NCBI GenBank assembly: GCA_965237415.1
Contig: CBDEFM010000001.1
Coordinates: 640,001 to 704,000, forward strand
Direction of reading: 5' to 3'
Length of the DNA stretch: 64,000 bases
Source: Alphaproteobacteria bacterium
GTDB taxonomy: Bacteria; Pseudomonadota; Alphaproteobacteria; UBA828
Under the pieces are notes generated by a model, which was given only the letters and a program-made list of their open reading frames with translations, did not search any database and was not told where the DNA came from. The first letter of the stretch is position 1. Each line of letters begins with the position of its first letter. Shown here piece by piece: positions 63,630-64,000 of the stretch. The position numbers and the translations under genes were made by a program.

Positions 63630-64000
63630 CTACAGCTTCATGCCGAGGGTCCTGCCTTCGTAGAAGGCCATGCTCGCGGTGCGTGCCGCGACCATGTCGC
63701 CGACGGTGTGGACCTCGATAGCGTCGGCGTCGAGTGCGCGGGCAAGCGCGTCGTCGACCGTGTTGGTGGTCGCCAGCACCAGGCTGTCGAACGCCAGCTC
63801 CCGCACGTCGCCCGTGTAAAGGTTCGCGATCGTGGCCGTGGTCCCGGCCCAGCGTGTCAGCGCATGGCTGCAAACCACCTCGACGCCCATCTTCGCGAAG
63901 CGCTCGCGCGTGCTCGGGCCGAGGTGGGAGACATCGAGCGCCTCGGCAGGCTTGTCGGACGCGGTGACGACGGTCACGTCGTGGCCTTGTTCGGCGAGGT
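63630..64000 (-). CDS. C-terminus of an NADH:flavin oxidoreductase (TMADH/OYE-like), partial
   Basis: LAEQGHDVTVVT...FDSLVLATTN...VHTVGDMVAAR...A.YEGR; runs off the right edge. Confidence 0.7.
   Translation of the reverse strand, partial: LAEQGHDVTVVTASDKPAEALDVSHLGPSTRERFAKMGVEVVCSHALTRWAGTTATIANLYTGDVRELAFDSLVLATTNTVDDALARALDADAIEVHTVGDMVAARTASMAFYEGRTLGMKL

Overview
High-GC, probably alphaproteobacterial window. Bases 1-57060 look like the right-hand part of a large integrative conjugative element. The evidence is a MOBF (TrwC-type) relaxase, a TraD/TrwB coupling protein and ssb at the left edge, and an inward-facing P4-like integrase next to a 3' tRNA-fMet fragment (att site) at 57017-57060. 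The cargo is heavily scarred by mobile DNA: nested IS66-like/DUF4338, IS110, IS1595, ISNCY-like, IS630 and IS256 elements, a group II intron, and two MITE types. It carries an intact myo-inositol catabolic/ABC operon (iolR-ABC-iolCDEBG), a GcvT-like enzyme and several lower-GC cassettes. The cassettes are a Zn-ribbon/NDT(TIR-like) gene, a PtuAB/Septu-like ATPase+HNH pair, a YhhA-type triceptide RiPP cluster (precursor YDRVHNRHNR, rSAM/SPASM, 2OG oxygenase, HExxH enzyme), a compact ubiquitin-like + E1 + DUF6527 operon with no visible E2 and a non-Gly Ubl C-terminus, and a Phd/PemK-like TA pair. Right of the att site lie three tandem P4-like integrase paralogs, then apparent host genes (two DMT transporters, a PhyH dioxygenase, a flavin oxidoreductase tail). 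All family calls are by eye from motifs; no searches were run.
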